Source: Octopus bimaculoides
Taxonomy: Eukaryota
DNA: 64,000 nucleotides
Assembly: GCF_001194135.2 (NCBI RefSeq)
Contig: NC_069004.1
Location: 2,169,273 to 2,233,272 of the forward strand
Reading direction: 5' to 3'
Part shown: positions 63,760 through 64,000 of the stretch, piece by piece
Numbering within the stretch: the first letter of the stretch is position 1
Layout of the letters: the number at the start of each line of letters is the position of its first letter
The notes under the pieces: generated by a model
Databases searched by the model: none
Told to the model about the DNA's origin: nothing
What the model saw: only the letters and a program-made list of their open reading frames with translations
Position numbers and translations under genes: made by a program

Positions 63760-64000
63760 ATTACATTACTAATGATACGCTCGCTGTCGGAATGATAATT
63801 ATGATATTGGTGAGGTAACTGTTGCAGTAATGATGATTGGTGTGATATAATTGAGCTGCTGTTGTAATGATAATTACAGCGCTAACGATATTGTTGTTAT
63901 TGTAATGATAATCAGTGTTAGTGATATAACTGCTGTCGTAATAACAGCCATAGCATTAATGATGTAGTCATTATAGTAATGATAATTTGTGCTAAGGATG
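63760..64000. repeat. Cryptic low-complexity trinucleotide tract (ATG/GTA/GAT)
   Basis: Recurrent gtaatgataat / gttgttatt motifs. Confidence 0.7.

Overview
AT-rich, microsatellite- and SINE-dense eukaryotic DNA with 10 assembly gaps. The repeat landscape points to a coleoid cephalopod (Octopus-like); this is inference. One protein-coding gene is supported: a + strand MALT1-like paracaspase. I reconstructed 14 coding exons by hand (10776-25858) with consistent GT-AG phases, and one further Ig exon is probably hidden in the gap at 12872-13243. The domain order is death domain, three Ig domains, caspase-like domain (YAGHG and LDICR intact) and a C-terminal Ig-like domain with a short tail. There is also an intact tRNA-Thr(UGU) on the - strand (35439-35511). 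The remainder is transposon debris: Helitron, maT/DD37D, two mariner DD34D, RTE, Vingi/Ingi, CR1/L2-like and R4/Dong-like fragments, MITEs, and at least four SINE families. No prokaryotic features or CRISPR arrays were found, and I cannot support a wholly new biological system. The best leads are the three-Ig paracaspase architecture, a CpG-decay footprint marking the gene body, a shared SINE/LINE 3' tail, inverted SINEs flanking the catalytic exons, and a hammerhead-ribozyme-like core. All translations and alignments were done by eye, and repeat boundaries are approximate.
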